Source: Microcoleus sp. (lineage in GTDB: Bacteria; Cyanobacteriota; Cyanobacteriia; Cyanobacteriales; Microcoleaceae). From it: 64,000 nt of DNA. The stretch's first letter is position 1. The number at the start of each line of letters is the position of its first letter. This document shows positions 22,305 through 31,520 of this stretch, piece by piece. The position numbers were made by a program, and so were the translations under genes. The stretch spans positions 5,152,001 through 5,216,000 of the forward strand of contig CP181291.1 in assembly GCA_052279835.1 (NCBI GenBank), given 5' to 3'. The notes beneath the pieces were generated by a model. That model was not told where the DNA came from. It saw only the letters and a program-made list of their open reading frames with translations, and made no database searches.

Positions 22305-22688
22305 GTGGCACGGATTGCCGGGGTAGACCTTCCACGCGATAAGCGCGTCGAAATAGGTTTGACATACATTTACGGAATAGGCCTGTCTCGGGCCCAGAAA
22401 ATTATCGCTGCAACAGGCGTAAATCCTGATACTCGTGTCAAGGATTTAACAGAAGCAGATGTGACCGCCCTGCGGGCTCATGTAGAAAGCAACTACCAGA
22501 TCGAAGGAGACCTCCGGCGCTGGGAGTCAATGAACATCAAGCGCCTGATGGATATTGGGACTTACCGCGGTCGGCGTCACCGTTTGGGCTTGCCAGTTAG
22601 AGGCCAAAGAACCCGCACCAACGCCAGAACCCGCCGGGGTGTCCGCCGAACTGTTGCGGGCAAGAAAAAAGCACCTTCCAAGAAGTAA
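22305..22688 (+). CDS. rpsM: 30S ribosomal protein S13
   Basis: [25 protein letters not shown]. Confidence 0.98.
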   Translation: MARIAGVDLPRDKRVEIGLTYIYGIGLSRAQKIIAATGVNPDTRVKDLTEADVTALRAHVESNYQIEGDLRRWESMNIKRLMDIGTYRGRRHRLGLPVRGQRTRTNARTRRGVRRTVAGKKKAPSKK

Positions 22689-22772
22689 TATCTTTTTGGG
22701 AAAATTACGCTGGGGGCTGCTGGCTCCTAGCGCTTCGAGAAATTAGTTGACAGTAAAGTTAAAGAGACTCCT

Positions 22773-23171
22773 ATGGCGCGACCACAAACAGGCAAGAAAT
22801 CTGGTGCAAAAAAGCAGAAACGGAATGTACCGAATGGGGTAGGCTACATCCAGTCTACCTTTAACAACACGATTGTGACTATTACTGACCTCAATGGCGA
22901 AGTCATATCTTGGGCGTCAGCAGGTTCCAGCGGTTTTAAAGGAGCTAAAAAGGGAACGCCCTTCGCAGCTCAAACAGCAGCAGAAAGTGCAGCCCGCCGA
23001 GCCAACGACCAGGGGATGCGCCAAATAGAAGTAATGGTCAGCGGACCAGGAGCAGGTCGAGAAACAGCAATTCGGGCACTGCAAGGGGCAGGACTAGAAA
23101 TTACTCTGATTAGAGATGTTACCCCAATTCCTCACAACGGCTGTCGCCCTCCCAAGCGGCGTAGAGTCTAA
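22773..23171 (+). CDS. rpsK: 30S ribosomal protein S11
   Basis: [24 protein letters not shown]. Confidence 0.98.
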   Translation: MARPQTGKKSGAKKQKRNVPNGVGYIQSTFNNTIVTITDLNGEVISWASAGSSGFKGAKKGTPFAAQTAAESAARRANDQGMRQIEVMVSGPGAGRETAIRALQGAGLEITLIRDVTPIPHNGCRPPKRRRV

Positions 23172-23345
23172 AACGATTTGAGATTTTAGATTTTAGATTT
23201 TGGATAATGGCTAATTGCTGAAAGCCAAAAACTAATGCTTTCAACTATTGCCCCGTCCATCCAAAATCCGAAATCCGTTCAGGGGTATGCTCTGCAATCT
23301 AAAATCCAAAATCAAAAATCCAAAGTGGAAAAGGGAGGTCACTCC

Positions 23346-24290
23346 GTGGCGCAGTTTCAAATTGAATGTATAGAGTCTCATACTGACAAAGACCGGAGTC
23401 AGTACGGAAAATTCGTCCTCGAACCCCTCGACCGCGGTCAAGGAACAACGGTTGGGAATGCGCTTCGGCGAGTTCTGCTGTCAAATCTGGAAGGAACAGC
23501 AGTAACTTCAGTCCGCATCGCAGGTGTCAATCACGAGTTTGCCACGATCGAAGGGGTACGAGAAGATGTTCTCGAAATCCTGCTGAATATGAAAGAGGTC
23601 GTCCTCAAAACTCATTCTCAGCAGCCGCAAATAGGTAGATTGCGGATCGAAGGACCTGTCACAGTTACCGCAGATCGATTTGATGTACCTTCTGAGGTAG
23701 AAATAATCGATCGCTCTCAGTATATTGCGACTCTCTCCCCAGGCTCAATTCTGGAAATGGAATTCAGAATTGAAAAAGGAATCGGATACCGAGCTGTAGA
23801 CCGTAGTCGCGATGATGGAGCTGCTTTGGATTTTCTGTCCATAGATGCCATTTTTATGCCGATTCGTAGGGTCAACTATAGTGTTGAAGACGCTCGCGTA
23901 GGCGGCACTGTCGAGAAAGACAGGCTGATTATGGAAATCTGGACTGATGGTAGCGTGACTCCTCAAGAAGCTCTGAGTCAATCTGCTCACATCCTGGTAG
24001 ACCTGTTTGCACCTCTCAAAGACATCACCCAAGATTCCCTCAAACCCGAATCTCAAGGTGTAACCGATCCTACAAGCCAAATTCCGATCGAGGAATTGCA
24101 ATTGTCAGTACGGGCTTACAACTGTCTCAAGCGGGCTCAGATTAACTCCGTGGCAGACCTATTGGATTATACCCAAGAAGACTTGCTCGAAATCAAAAAC
24201 TTCGGGCAAAAGTCCGCAGAAGAAGTGATTGAAGCTTTGCAAAAGCGCCTGAGCATTACCTTGCCACAGGAAAAATCAGCTAAAAGTTAA
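23346..24290 (+). CDS. rpoA: RNA polymerase alpha subunit
   Basis: GTG at 23346 after GGAGG; EPLDRGQGTTVGNALRRVLL, LSVRAYNCLKRA. Confidence 0.98.
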   Translation: MAQFQIECIESHTDKDRSQYGKFVLEPLDRGQGTTVGNALRRVLLSNLEGTAVTSVRIAGVNHEFATIEGVREDVLEILLNMKEVVLKTHSQQPQIGRLRIEGPVTVTADRFDVPSEVEIIDRSQYIATLSPGSILEMEFRIEKGIGYRAVDRSRDDGAALDFLSIDAIFMPIRRVNYSVEDARVGGTVEKDRLIMEIWTDGSVTPQEALSQSAHILVDLFAPLKDITQDSLKPESQGVTDPTSQIPIEELQLSVRAYNCLKRAQINSVADLLDYTQEDLLEIKNFGQKSAEEVIEALQKRLSITLPQEKSAKS

Positions 24291-24443
24291 TCCAACGGTA
24301 ATGAGTAACAAAGTTTTGATTTAGCCACGGCTAACTCCAAAGGCTACGCTTGTGGATGAGCTTTAAATGCAAAATTTAAAACTCATAACTCAAAACTATT
24401 TACTTACCAATTACCAATTACCAATTACCAATTACCAACTGCT

Positions 24444-24794
24444 ATGCGTCATCGCTGTCGCGTCCCCCAACTCAATAAACCGGCTGACCAGCGTCGCGCA
24501 CTACTGCGCTCGCTGACCACCGAATTAATCCGTCACGGTAAAATTACTACTACTCTCGCCCGCGCCAAAGCGCTGCGTTCAGAGGCGGACAAAATGATTA
24601 CTCTGGCAAAAGATGGCTCCTTAGCCGCTCGCCGCCAAGCTATGGGCTTTATCTATGACAAACAGTTAGTACACGCACTGTTTGATGCGGCAAAAGAACG
24701 GTACGGCTCACGTAACGGTGGCTACACCCGCGTGGTGCGAACTGTCCCCCGTCAAGGAGACAATTCCGAAATGGCGATCGTCGAACTGGTTTAA
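24444..24794 (+). CDS. rplQ: 50S ribosomal protein L17
   Basis: [20 protein letters not shown]. Confidence 0.98.
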   Translation: MRHRCRVPQLNKPADQRRALLRSLTTELIRHGKITTTLARAKALRSEADKMITLAKDGSLAARRQAMGFIYDKQLVHALFDAAKERYGSRNGGYTRVVRTVPRQGDNSEMAIVELV

Positions 24795-24823
24795 TTCAAT
24801 TTTGGGTTGGATATTTTTGATTT

Positions 24824-25666
24824 ATGACGGAAAATCCCAAATCGGAAATCGACAACCCCAAATCGATGCAGCGTGTTGCTCTTGTCATCCAATATCTCGG
24901 CACAGACTTTCACGGTTGGCAGCGACAGCCGAATCAGCGTACAGTACAAGAAGAGATTGAAACAGCAATTTCCACTGTTCTAGAGCGTCCGGTAACGCTG
25001 CACGCGGCTGGGAGAACTGATGCGGGAGTTCACGCCGCGGCTCAAGTAGCCCATTTTGATGCCGATGGCCCAATTCCAGCTCACCGCTGGGCAAGCGTTC
25101 TCAACTCTCGACTGGCAAAAGATATTTTAATTCGAGCTTCCGCAAAGGTGGAACCTACCTGGCACGCTCGGTTCTCAGCCAGTTGGCGGCGCTATCGCTA
25201 CACCCTTTATACAGACCAGACCCCTAATTTGTTTGTGCGTCCTTTTGCTTGGCATTATTATCACGCCCCTGTGGATGAATCTTTGATTCAGGCAGCTATG
25301 GTACCCCTGATCGGGCACCACCATCTAGCAGCTTTCCACCGCGCGGGGTCTGCCAGGCCCCATTCTTGGGTGGACGTACAAGCAGCAGAGTGTCACCGTT
25401 GTGGGCCTACGATCTATATCGAGGTTCAGGCGAGCGGGTTTCTGTACGGGATGATGCGGCTGCTGGTGGGTTTGCTGGTGCAGGTGGGTCGCGGGGAAAG
25501 GGCGATCGAAAATTTTACAGATATCTGGGTCAACGAACGCCGAGAACTGGTAAAATATGCCGCCCCGGCTCAAGGTTTGTGCCTGCTGCGAGTTGGCTAT
25601 CAAGACTTTCCCTTTCCTCCCGAAGTTTGGTATGACACTCAGCCAAAATTAGTCATTAGTCAGTAG
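24824..25666 (+). CDS. truA: tRNA pseudouridine(38-40) synthase
   Basis: YLGTDFHGWQRQ, AGRTDAGVHA, FLYGMMR. Confidence 0.96.
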   Translation: MTENPKSEIDNPKSMQRVALVIQYLGTDFHGWQRQPNQRTVQEEIETAISTVLERPVTLHAAGRTDAGVHAAAQVAHFDADGPIPAHRWASVLNSRLAKDILIRASAKVEPTWHARFSASWRRYRYTLYTDQTPNLFVRPFAWHYYHAPVDESLIQAAMVPLIGHHHLAAFHRAGSARPHSWVDVQAAECHRCGPTIYIEVQASGFLYGMMRLLVGLLVQVGRGERAIENFTDIWVNERRELVKYAAPAQGLCLLRVGYQDFPFPPEVWYDTQPKLVISQ

Positions 25667-25874
25667 TCAGTAGTCAGTAGTCAGTAGTCATTAGTCATTA
25701 GGTAACTACTAATATAAACTAAGGACAAGTGACAATTAAAAACTGACAAGTGACAATTAAAAACTGATAACTGACAATTAAAAACTGACAACTAACAATT
25801 AAGAACTGACAACTGACAACTGACAACAGTTAACAGTTAACAGTTAACAGTTAACAGACAACTCACAACAAACA

Positions 25875-26330
25875 ATGAACAAAAGTTACGTCCCTACTCA
25901 AGACTCCCTAGAGCACAAGTGGTACGTGGTCGATGCCGCCGACCAACGGCTCGGTCGTCTGGCAACTGAAGTTGCCATGTACCTCCGGGGAAAACACAAA
26001 CCCACTTACACTCCTTCTATGGATACCGGCGATTTTGTAATTGTCATCAATGCTGACAAAATCGCTGTTACTGGCAAAAAACGTACCCAGAAAATCTATC
26101 GTCGCCACTCTGGAAGACCGGGCGGCATGAAAACCGAAACCTTTGCTAAATTGCAAGCACGTTTGCCCGAAAGAATTGTGGAAGAAGCGATTCGAGGAAT
26201 GCTCCCTCACACTGCTTTGGGCAGACAACTATTTACTAAGCTGAAGGTGTACGCTGGCCCTGAGCATCCTCATGCTGCTCAAAAACCAGAAGAATTAATT
26301 GTTCACACGATTCCAGGAGGAAATGAGTAA
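25875..26330 (+). CDS. rplM: 50S ribosomal protein L13
   Basis: [20 protein letters not shown]. Confidence 0.98.
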   Translation: MNKSYVPTQDSLEHKWYVVDAADQRLGRLATEVAMYLRGKHKPTYTPSMDTGDFVIVINADKIAVTGKKRTQKIYRRHSGRPGGMKTETFAKLQARLPERIVEEAIRGMLPHTALGRQLFTKLKVYAGPEHPHAAQKPEELIVHTIPGGNE

Positions 26331-26740
26331 TGCAAGCAACAGATACCGGCCGCGCGGTGTACTGGGGTACTGGCCGTCGCAAGTGTTCCGTAGCACGAGT
26401 ACGTTTGGTTCCCGGCACTGGGATATTGACTGTCAATGGTAAAGAAGGGGATTTGTACTTGCAATTTAACCCAACTTATTTAGCTCTAGCTAAGGCTCCT
26501 TTGGAAACTTTGGGTCTGGAAAATGAGTACGATATTTTAGTAAAAGTCGAAGGTGGCGGGTTGACAGGTCAGGCTGACTCCATTCGCTTGGGTGTCGCTA
26601 GAGCACTGTGCCAATTAGACCCTGATAACCGCAAACCTCTCAAGATTGAGGGGTATTTGACTCGTGACCCGCGGGCGAAAGAGCGGAAAAAGTACGGTTT
26701 GCGGAAAGCTCGGAAGGCTCCTCAATACTCCAAGCGGTAA
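26330..26740 (+). CDS. rpsI: 30S ribosomal protein S9
   Basis: [24 protein letters not shown]. Confidence 0.98.
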   Translation: MQATDTGRAVYWGTGRRKCSVARVRLVPGTGILTVNGKEGDLYLQFNPTYLALAKAPLETLGLENEYDILVKVEGGGLTGQADSIRLGVARALCQLDPDNRKPLKIEGYLTRDPRAKERKKYGLRKARKAPQYSKR

Positions 26741-26950
26741 TCGAGAGAACCAGGAACAAGTCCGAGGGAAGAGGGAAGAAGGAAGAGGGAAAAATTATCC
26801 AGATTCCATCCTCCTTTTTTTCAAGGTCTATTTCTGATTCCCGATGCGTGCTTTCACATCCAATCTGGCGAAATCAGGGCGGTTGTTGGTACGCAAGTCC
26901 TAGCACGGCTAAAATGGTTGTAAAGTAAAAAAAATAGAGAGTAAAAAACA

Positions 26951-27259
26951 ATGGCGAAAGCTGGCATTCACCCTCAGTGGTATCCCGAAGCTGAGGTTTA
27001 TTGCAACGGGGAACTTGTGATGACTGTTGGTTCTACTAGACCCAAGCTGCAAGTTGATGTTTGGTCTGGGAATCATCCTTTTTATACTGGGACTCAGAAG
27101 ATTATTGATACTGAAGGTCGTGTGGAACGCTTTATGCGGAAATACGGCATGACGGAAGTGGAAATGCCGAAGGCAGATGCTTCTTCTGGCCCGCTGAAAA
27201 TGGAAGACCCGAAAGCGGATGCTGCTAAGGCTGCTGCTAAAGGCAAAAAGAAGAAGTAG
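26951..27259 (+). CDS. rpmE: 50S ribosomal protein L31 (extended C-terminus)
   Basis: IHPQWY, DVWSGNHPFYTG, GRVERF. Confidence 0.97.
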   Translation: MAKAGIHPQWYPEAEVYCNGELVMTVGSTRPKLQVDVWSGNHPFYTGTQKIIDTEGRVERFMRKYGMTEVEMPKADASSGPLKMEDPKADAAKAAAKGKKKK

Positions 27260-27541
27260 CCGGATTGTCATTTGTCCGCAGTTTGTTGAGAGTAGTTTTT
27301 TTCTACTGACAATTTACCGCCTTCGGATTGCAGATTTTAGATTGAAGACTTGCCCTTGCCAGCAGTTGAGTTGGATCGAGATTCTATTCCAACTGCTCTT
27401 CAATAGACATCTCCCCAAAAGGCTAGCAAGGGCAGACCCCATGCGTACCCCACAGGAATTATTGGAGATGTCTAATTCTAAAATCTCAAGTCTCAAATCT
27501 CAAATCTCAAATCTCAAATCGATTGACGAGGACAACTGACA

Positions 27542-28639
27542 ATGGCTGAATCTTATTTACTGGATAAATTGAAGTCGGTAGAGCAAACTTTTCATGAGTT
27601 GACTCGCCGCATGGCTGACCCGGATGTTGCTAGGGATAATTATGAGTTTCAGCGGGTTGCGAAGGCTCGATCGTCCTTAGAAGAAGTGGTCGATACTTTT
27701 GAGCTGTGGAAAACCACGACTGATGATTTAGCAGGTGCAAAACAAGTTCTGAAAGAGGCGGCGGGCGATCGAGAATTGCAAGAAATGGCGGCCTTGGAAG
27801 TTGAGGAACTTGAGTCAAAATTGGAGAATTTGGAAACCCGCTTGAAGGTTTTGCTGCTGCCGCGCGATCCCAACGACGATAAGAATATTATGTTGGAAAT
27901 TCGGGCTGGTACTGGTGGAGATGAGGCTAGTATTTGGGCGGGAGATTTGCTGCGCCTGTATTCGCGTTACGCTCAAACTCAAGGCTGGGTGGTGAAGTTG
28001 GTGAGCGAGTCGCTGGCGGAAATGGGTGGCTTTAAAGAGGTGATTCTGGAAGTTACGGGTGACAGTGTTTACAGCAAGCTGAAGTTTGAGGCTGGGGTGC
28101 ATCGGGTGCAGCGAGTGCCTGTGACTGAGGCGGGCGGCCGGGTACACACTTCGACGGCGACGGTGGCTGTGATGCCGGAGGTTGATGAGGTGGAGATTCA
28201 CATCGATCCGAAGGATATTGAGATGAGTACGGCTCGATCGGGCGGTGCTGGCGGTCAAAATGTGAACAAGGTGGAAACTGCTGCGGATTTGTTTCACAAG
28301 CCGACTGGGATTCGGATTTTCTGTACTGAGGAGCGCAGTCAGTTGCAGAATAAGGAGCGGGCGATGCAGATTTTGCGGGCTAAGCTTTATGACATGAAGT
28401 TGCGGGAGCAGCAGGATGAGGTGAAGTCGCGGCGTTTGGCTCAGGTTGGTACTGGTTCGCGATCGGAAAAAATTCGCACTTACAACTATAAGGATAATCG
28501 GGCTACCGACCACCGTTTGGGGGAGAATTTCTCGCTCAATAGTGTTTTGGAAGGGGATATTGAGGGGATTATTCAGACTTGCATTTCTCAGGATCAGCAG
28601 GAACGTTTGGCCGAGTTGGCTGCTTCTACTTCTAATTGA
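27542..28639 (+). CDS. prfA: Peptide chain release factor 1
   Basis: PVT anticodon motif (RVPVTE), GGQ motif. Confidence 0.98.
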   Translation: MAESYLLDKLKSVEQTFHELTRRMADPDVARDNYEFQRVAKARSSLEEVVDTFELWKTTTDDLAGAKQVLKEAAGDRELQEMAALEVEELESKLENLETRLKVLLLPRDPNDDKNIMLEIRAGTGGDEASIWAGDLLRLYSRYAQTQGWVVKLVSESLAEMGGFKEVILEVTGDSVYSKLKFEAGVHRVQRVPVTEAGGRVHTSTATVAVMPEVDEVEIHIDPKDIEMSTARSGGAGGQNVNKVETAADLFHKPTGIRIFCTEERSQLQNKERAMQILRAKLYDMKLREQQDEVKSRRLAQVGTGSRSEKIRTYNYKDNRATDHRLGENFSLNSVLEGDIEGIIQTCISQDQQERLAELAASTSN

Positions 28640-28655
28640 TTGGTTGATGGGGAAC

Positions 28656-28891
28656 TTAGGCGCATTTTTGGGTGTGCCTTTGTTATCTGATGACTTGACG
28701 GATGTGGTTGAGTAGGGCTTCCCACATTGCATCGGCGATGCCTACGGCTGGCTACACGCGATCGGATAGTTGAAATGTTCGAGGTCGTATTGTACAACTT
28801 CTTCTAGTGGTTGTAAGGTTTGCTGGTTTCGGTGGGTTTTTATGGCTGCGATCGCCTCTTGTTGCCAACGCGCAAATAATATGTAGCTGAA
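28656..28891 (-). pseudogene. 5'-truncated, disrupted paralogue of the 31521-31958 gene
   Basis: Translates FSYILFARWQQEAIAAIKTHRNQQTLQPLEEVVQYDLEHFNYPIA-[17-nt insertion]-IADAMWEALLNHIRQVIR*, colinear with the C-terminal half of the intact gene. Confidence 0.85.
28740..28756. mobile_element. 17-nt insertion inside a HIP1 site (SDR5-like very small element)
   Basis: GCGAT|GCCTACGGCTGGCTACA|CGC where the intact paralogue reads GCGATCGC. Confidence 0.7.
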
Positions 28892-28950
28892 GTTATATTA
28901 GATATATTCTCACTCAGATTCATTTGGCTGTTGACCTTATGAAGCACATT

Positions 28951-30951
28951 ATGAAGCAAAAACTTCCCCGGATCAACCCGACTACGCTGATTAAGAGTTT
29001 GGGGCGACTTACCCTGATCGCGACATTTTCTTTGGGTCTGGGGACTTGGAAAAACTGGGAACATTATAACAAGTATTGGTATGGCACAATGTTTGCGGTG
29101 CAAACAGTTGATTTCAATATGTTATCTCATACTCTGCCAGGAAAACTATCCTATACCTTATTACAAGGAAATAGAGGAGAATTGCAGCGAACTTTAGACA
29201 GCAACTATGGATTATTTGAGCTGATTGTCACTGATTGCAAAATGGCTGCCAAAGATTGCCTATCCGAGCAAATTCTTTATCAATCAAAATCTTCTCAGAA
29301 GTGGACAAAGGAAAGTTCATTAGCAACTTTATCAAATCATCCATACGACTTACTACAAAGTCCACCTCCGCTGCAAGCAGAGCGGCAATATGCTAAACCT
29401 CGTGATAGTAAACCCATCCCTACTGGTAGAGTTAACTCAGGAGAAATAATCGGTCGTGTGTACTATGTCCGGGGAGTACCGCCGACATTTATTGAAGATT
29501 ATAATAATTGGATTAAAGAGCCATTTAAAGTAACAAGTTCCCGGACTCTTTACACATCGACAGTCGCTTTATTTTTCGTTAGCGGTTTGATCGCGTGGAT
29601 AATTATTGAGGTGATTTTATATGCCAAACGGAATGAGCAGCACCTTGCACAGCAACAACGGAAACAATTACAGCGGGAAGCAGAATATGAGCAGCGCCTT
29701 GCACAGCAACAACGGGAACAATTACAGCGGGAAATTCAACAGATTAAGCTGCAATTAGAAGAGAAAAACCAGCAAACTATCGAATTAATTGACCAGCGAG
29801 AGAGAGGTCTTGCTGAACTGGAATCTTATCGGCAAGGACAGGAGCAAAATAAGAGAGAACTGGAAAATCAAATTGGATATTATGAAAGCGAACGGGCTCT
29901 TAAAGAACAGCAACAGCGAGAAACTGCTCAAACTTTAGAAGACGACTTGCAGTTACTACGGCAAAAGTTGCAAGAAACGTCTCAACGAGAATCTGAAGCA
30001 AAGCAGCAGATTAAGCTGCAATTAGAAGAGAAAAACCAGCAAAATATCGAATTAGCTGACCAGCGAGAGAGAGTTCTTGCTGAACTGGAATCTGCTCGGC
30101 AAGAACAGGAGCAAAATAAGAGAAAACTGGAAAATCAAATTGCATCTTATGAAAGCGAACGGGCTCTTAAAGAACAGCAACAGCAAGAAACTGCTCAAAC
30201 TTTAGAAGACGAATTGCAATTACTACGGCAAGATTTGCAAGAAACGTCTCAGCGAGAATCTGAAGCAAAGCAGCGGAGTGAATCGCTAAATCAGAAAATA
30301 GCTGATTTGAAGTGCGATCTAGATTTAATACAACAGCAATCTCGTCAGCTAGAGCAACAGCTAGAAACAATACCTAATATTAATAATGAACTCAATGCTG
30401 CTCTAGATATTAATAATGAACTGACCGCCGCACTAGAAGGAGCTAGGACAGAATTAGATCGGACTAAGGAACAGTCAAGAGATGGGGAAAATTATTATGT
30501 GGAAGAAATTGATCGGTTAGAAAAAGAAAAAGTTCAGTTAAACACCGAATTATGTTCATATAAAAAAGGCAAAACTCTCTTCTTAGAAAAACGAAATAAG
30601 CAGTTAGAAAGTGCTCTCAGTGCAGCCCAAGAGAACACTCAAACATTAGAAAATACTATTGAAGCTCTAAACGTTCTGCTTGAAAATCAGTCGCAAAATT
30701 CCCATTCATATATACCTTGGTCTCAATTGCCAAGAATTTCAGGTAGAGAAGCTATCGGGTCTTTAGAGCGTTTGGGATTCAGAATAGATAGGCAAAATGG
30801 CAGTCACGTTTTTCTCGAACGGGTTCGGGCTGTAGATCAAATAGATCGTTGTAGTGTGCCACGCCATGATGAATTAGCTCTTGGGACACTAGCTGCTGGA
30901 ATTCTTCGCCCAGCAAATGTCACCCTAGAGGAGTTTAAAGATAATTTATGA
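28951..30951 (+). CDS. Membrane protein: TM-extracytoplasmic domain-TM-coiled coil-C-terminal HicA (YcfA) toxin domain
   Basis: Hydrophobic segments LTLIATFSLGLG and VALFFVSGLIAWIIIEVIL; E/Q/K-rich coiled coil; C-terminal LPRISGREAI..LERLGF..RQNGSH..VPRHDELALGTL; start could be 28924, 28939 or 28951. Confidence 0.85.
   Translation: MKQKLPRINPTTLIKSLGRLTLIATFSLGLGTWKNWEHYNKYWYGTMFAVQTVDFNMLSHTLPGKLSYTLLQGNRGELQRTLDSNYGLFELIVTDCKMAAKDCLSEQILYQSKSSQKWTKESSLATLSNHPYDLLQSPPPLQAERQYAKPRDSKPIPTGRVNSGEIIGRVYYVRGVPPTFIEDYNNWIKEPFKVTSSRTLYTSTVALFFVSGLIAWIIIEVILYAKRNEQHLAQQQRKQLQREAEYEQRLAQQQREQLQREIQQIKLQLEEKNQQTIELIDQRERGLAELESYRQGQEQNKRELENQIGYYESERALKEQQQRETAQTLEDDLQLLRQKLQETSQRESEAKQQIKLQLEEKNQQNIELADQRERVLAELESARQEQEQNKRKLENQIASYESERALKEQQQQETAQTLEDELQLLRQDLQETSQRESEAKQRSESLNQKIADLKCDLDLIQQQSRQLEQQLETIPNINNELNAALDINNELTAALEGARTELDRTKEQSRDGENYYVEEIDRLEKEKVQLNTELCSYKKGKTLFLEKRNKQLESALSAAQENTQTLENTIEALNVLLENQSQNSHSYIPWSQLPRISGREAIGSLERLGFRIDRQNGSHVFLERVRAVDQIDRCSVPRHDELALGTLAAGILRPANVTLEEFKDNL
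29740..30273 (+). repeat. 267-bp in-frame tandem duplication (2 x 89 aa) in the coiled coil
   Basis: cagattaagctgcaattagaagagaaaaaccagcaaa at 29740 and 30007. Confidence 0.9.
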
Positions 30952-30996
30952 TCGTGTTGAATCTAAAAAAATAATTTTAATGGAGTTTAATAGCAA

Positions 30997-31485
30997 GTGA
31001 AATTTAGGGTACTCGAAACACTAATTGCTAGTTCTATTATTCTATCAATTTCATCCTTGTCATCTGCTAAAAGTAATCAACAAGATTCTACAATTATACC
31101 CACAGGAACTTACTACTCTCAAGGAACCATGTTCAATAATTCCCGGAGAGAAATTGCACATAAAAACAAGAGAATCTGTATTAAGATTGTCAATGGTCCT
31201 GCAAATCCTTACAAGGGAGTGGAAGATATCACAATTAGCAGCGTGTCTTTTCAAAAGGGGAAATTATATATTGATGCTACCGGAGAAGAGTTAATCTTAG
31301 AAAAAAATGGAAAAGTAATAAATAGTGGTCGTGGTGGTGTGTGGGAGTATAGAGGCACTTCACCAGATCCTAGGAGTCAACCCATACAGGCTCAAAAAAT
31401 GGCAGAGTGTGTAGCGGCTCAAGGACGATATGTACAGAAGATGCAAGGAATATCCATCTCAGGAATCGATTTTCCCAAGCATTAA
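30997..31485 (+). CDS. Secreted hypothetical protein
   Basis: GTG start after GGAG; signal peptide MKFRVLETLIASSIILSISSLSSA; two Cys. Confidence 0.75.
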   Translation: MKFRVLETLIASSIILSISSLSSAKSNQQDSTIIPTGTYYSQGTMFNNSRREIAHKNKRICIKIVNGPANPYKGVEDITISSVSFQKGKLYIDATGEELILEKNGKVINSGRGGVWEYRGTSPDPRSQPIQAQKMAECVAAQGRYVQKMQGISISGIDFPKH

Positions 31486-31520
31486 CCAGGCGATCGACAT
31501 AGGTGGGGGTTAATGGGGTA

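Noticed and set aside
9318..24794. Absence of rpsJ, rpsN, rpmD and rpsD from the cluster
   Set aside because: Usual cyanobacterial organisation, not a loss specific to this genome.
27815..28732. 305-aa minus-strand ORF
   Set aside because: Antisense shadow of prfA; its N-terminus is an out-of-frame read of the pseudogene.
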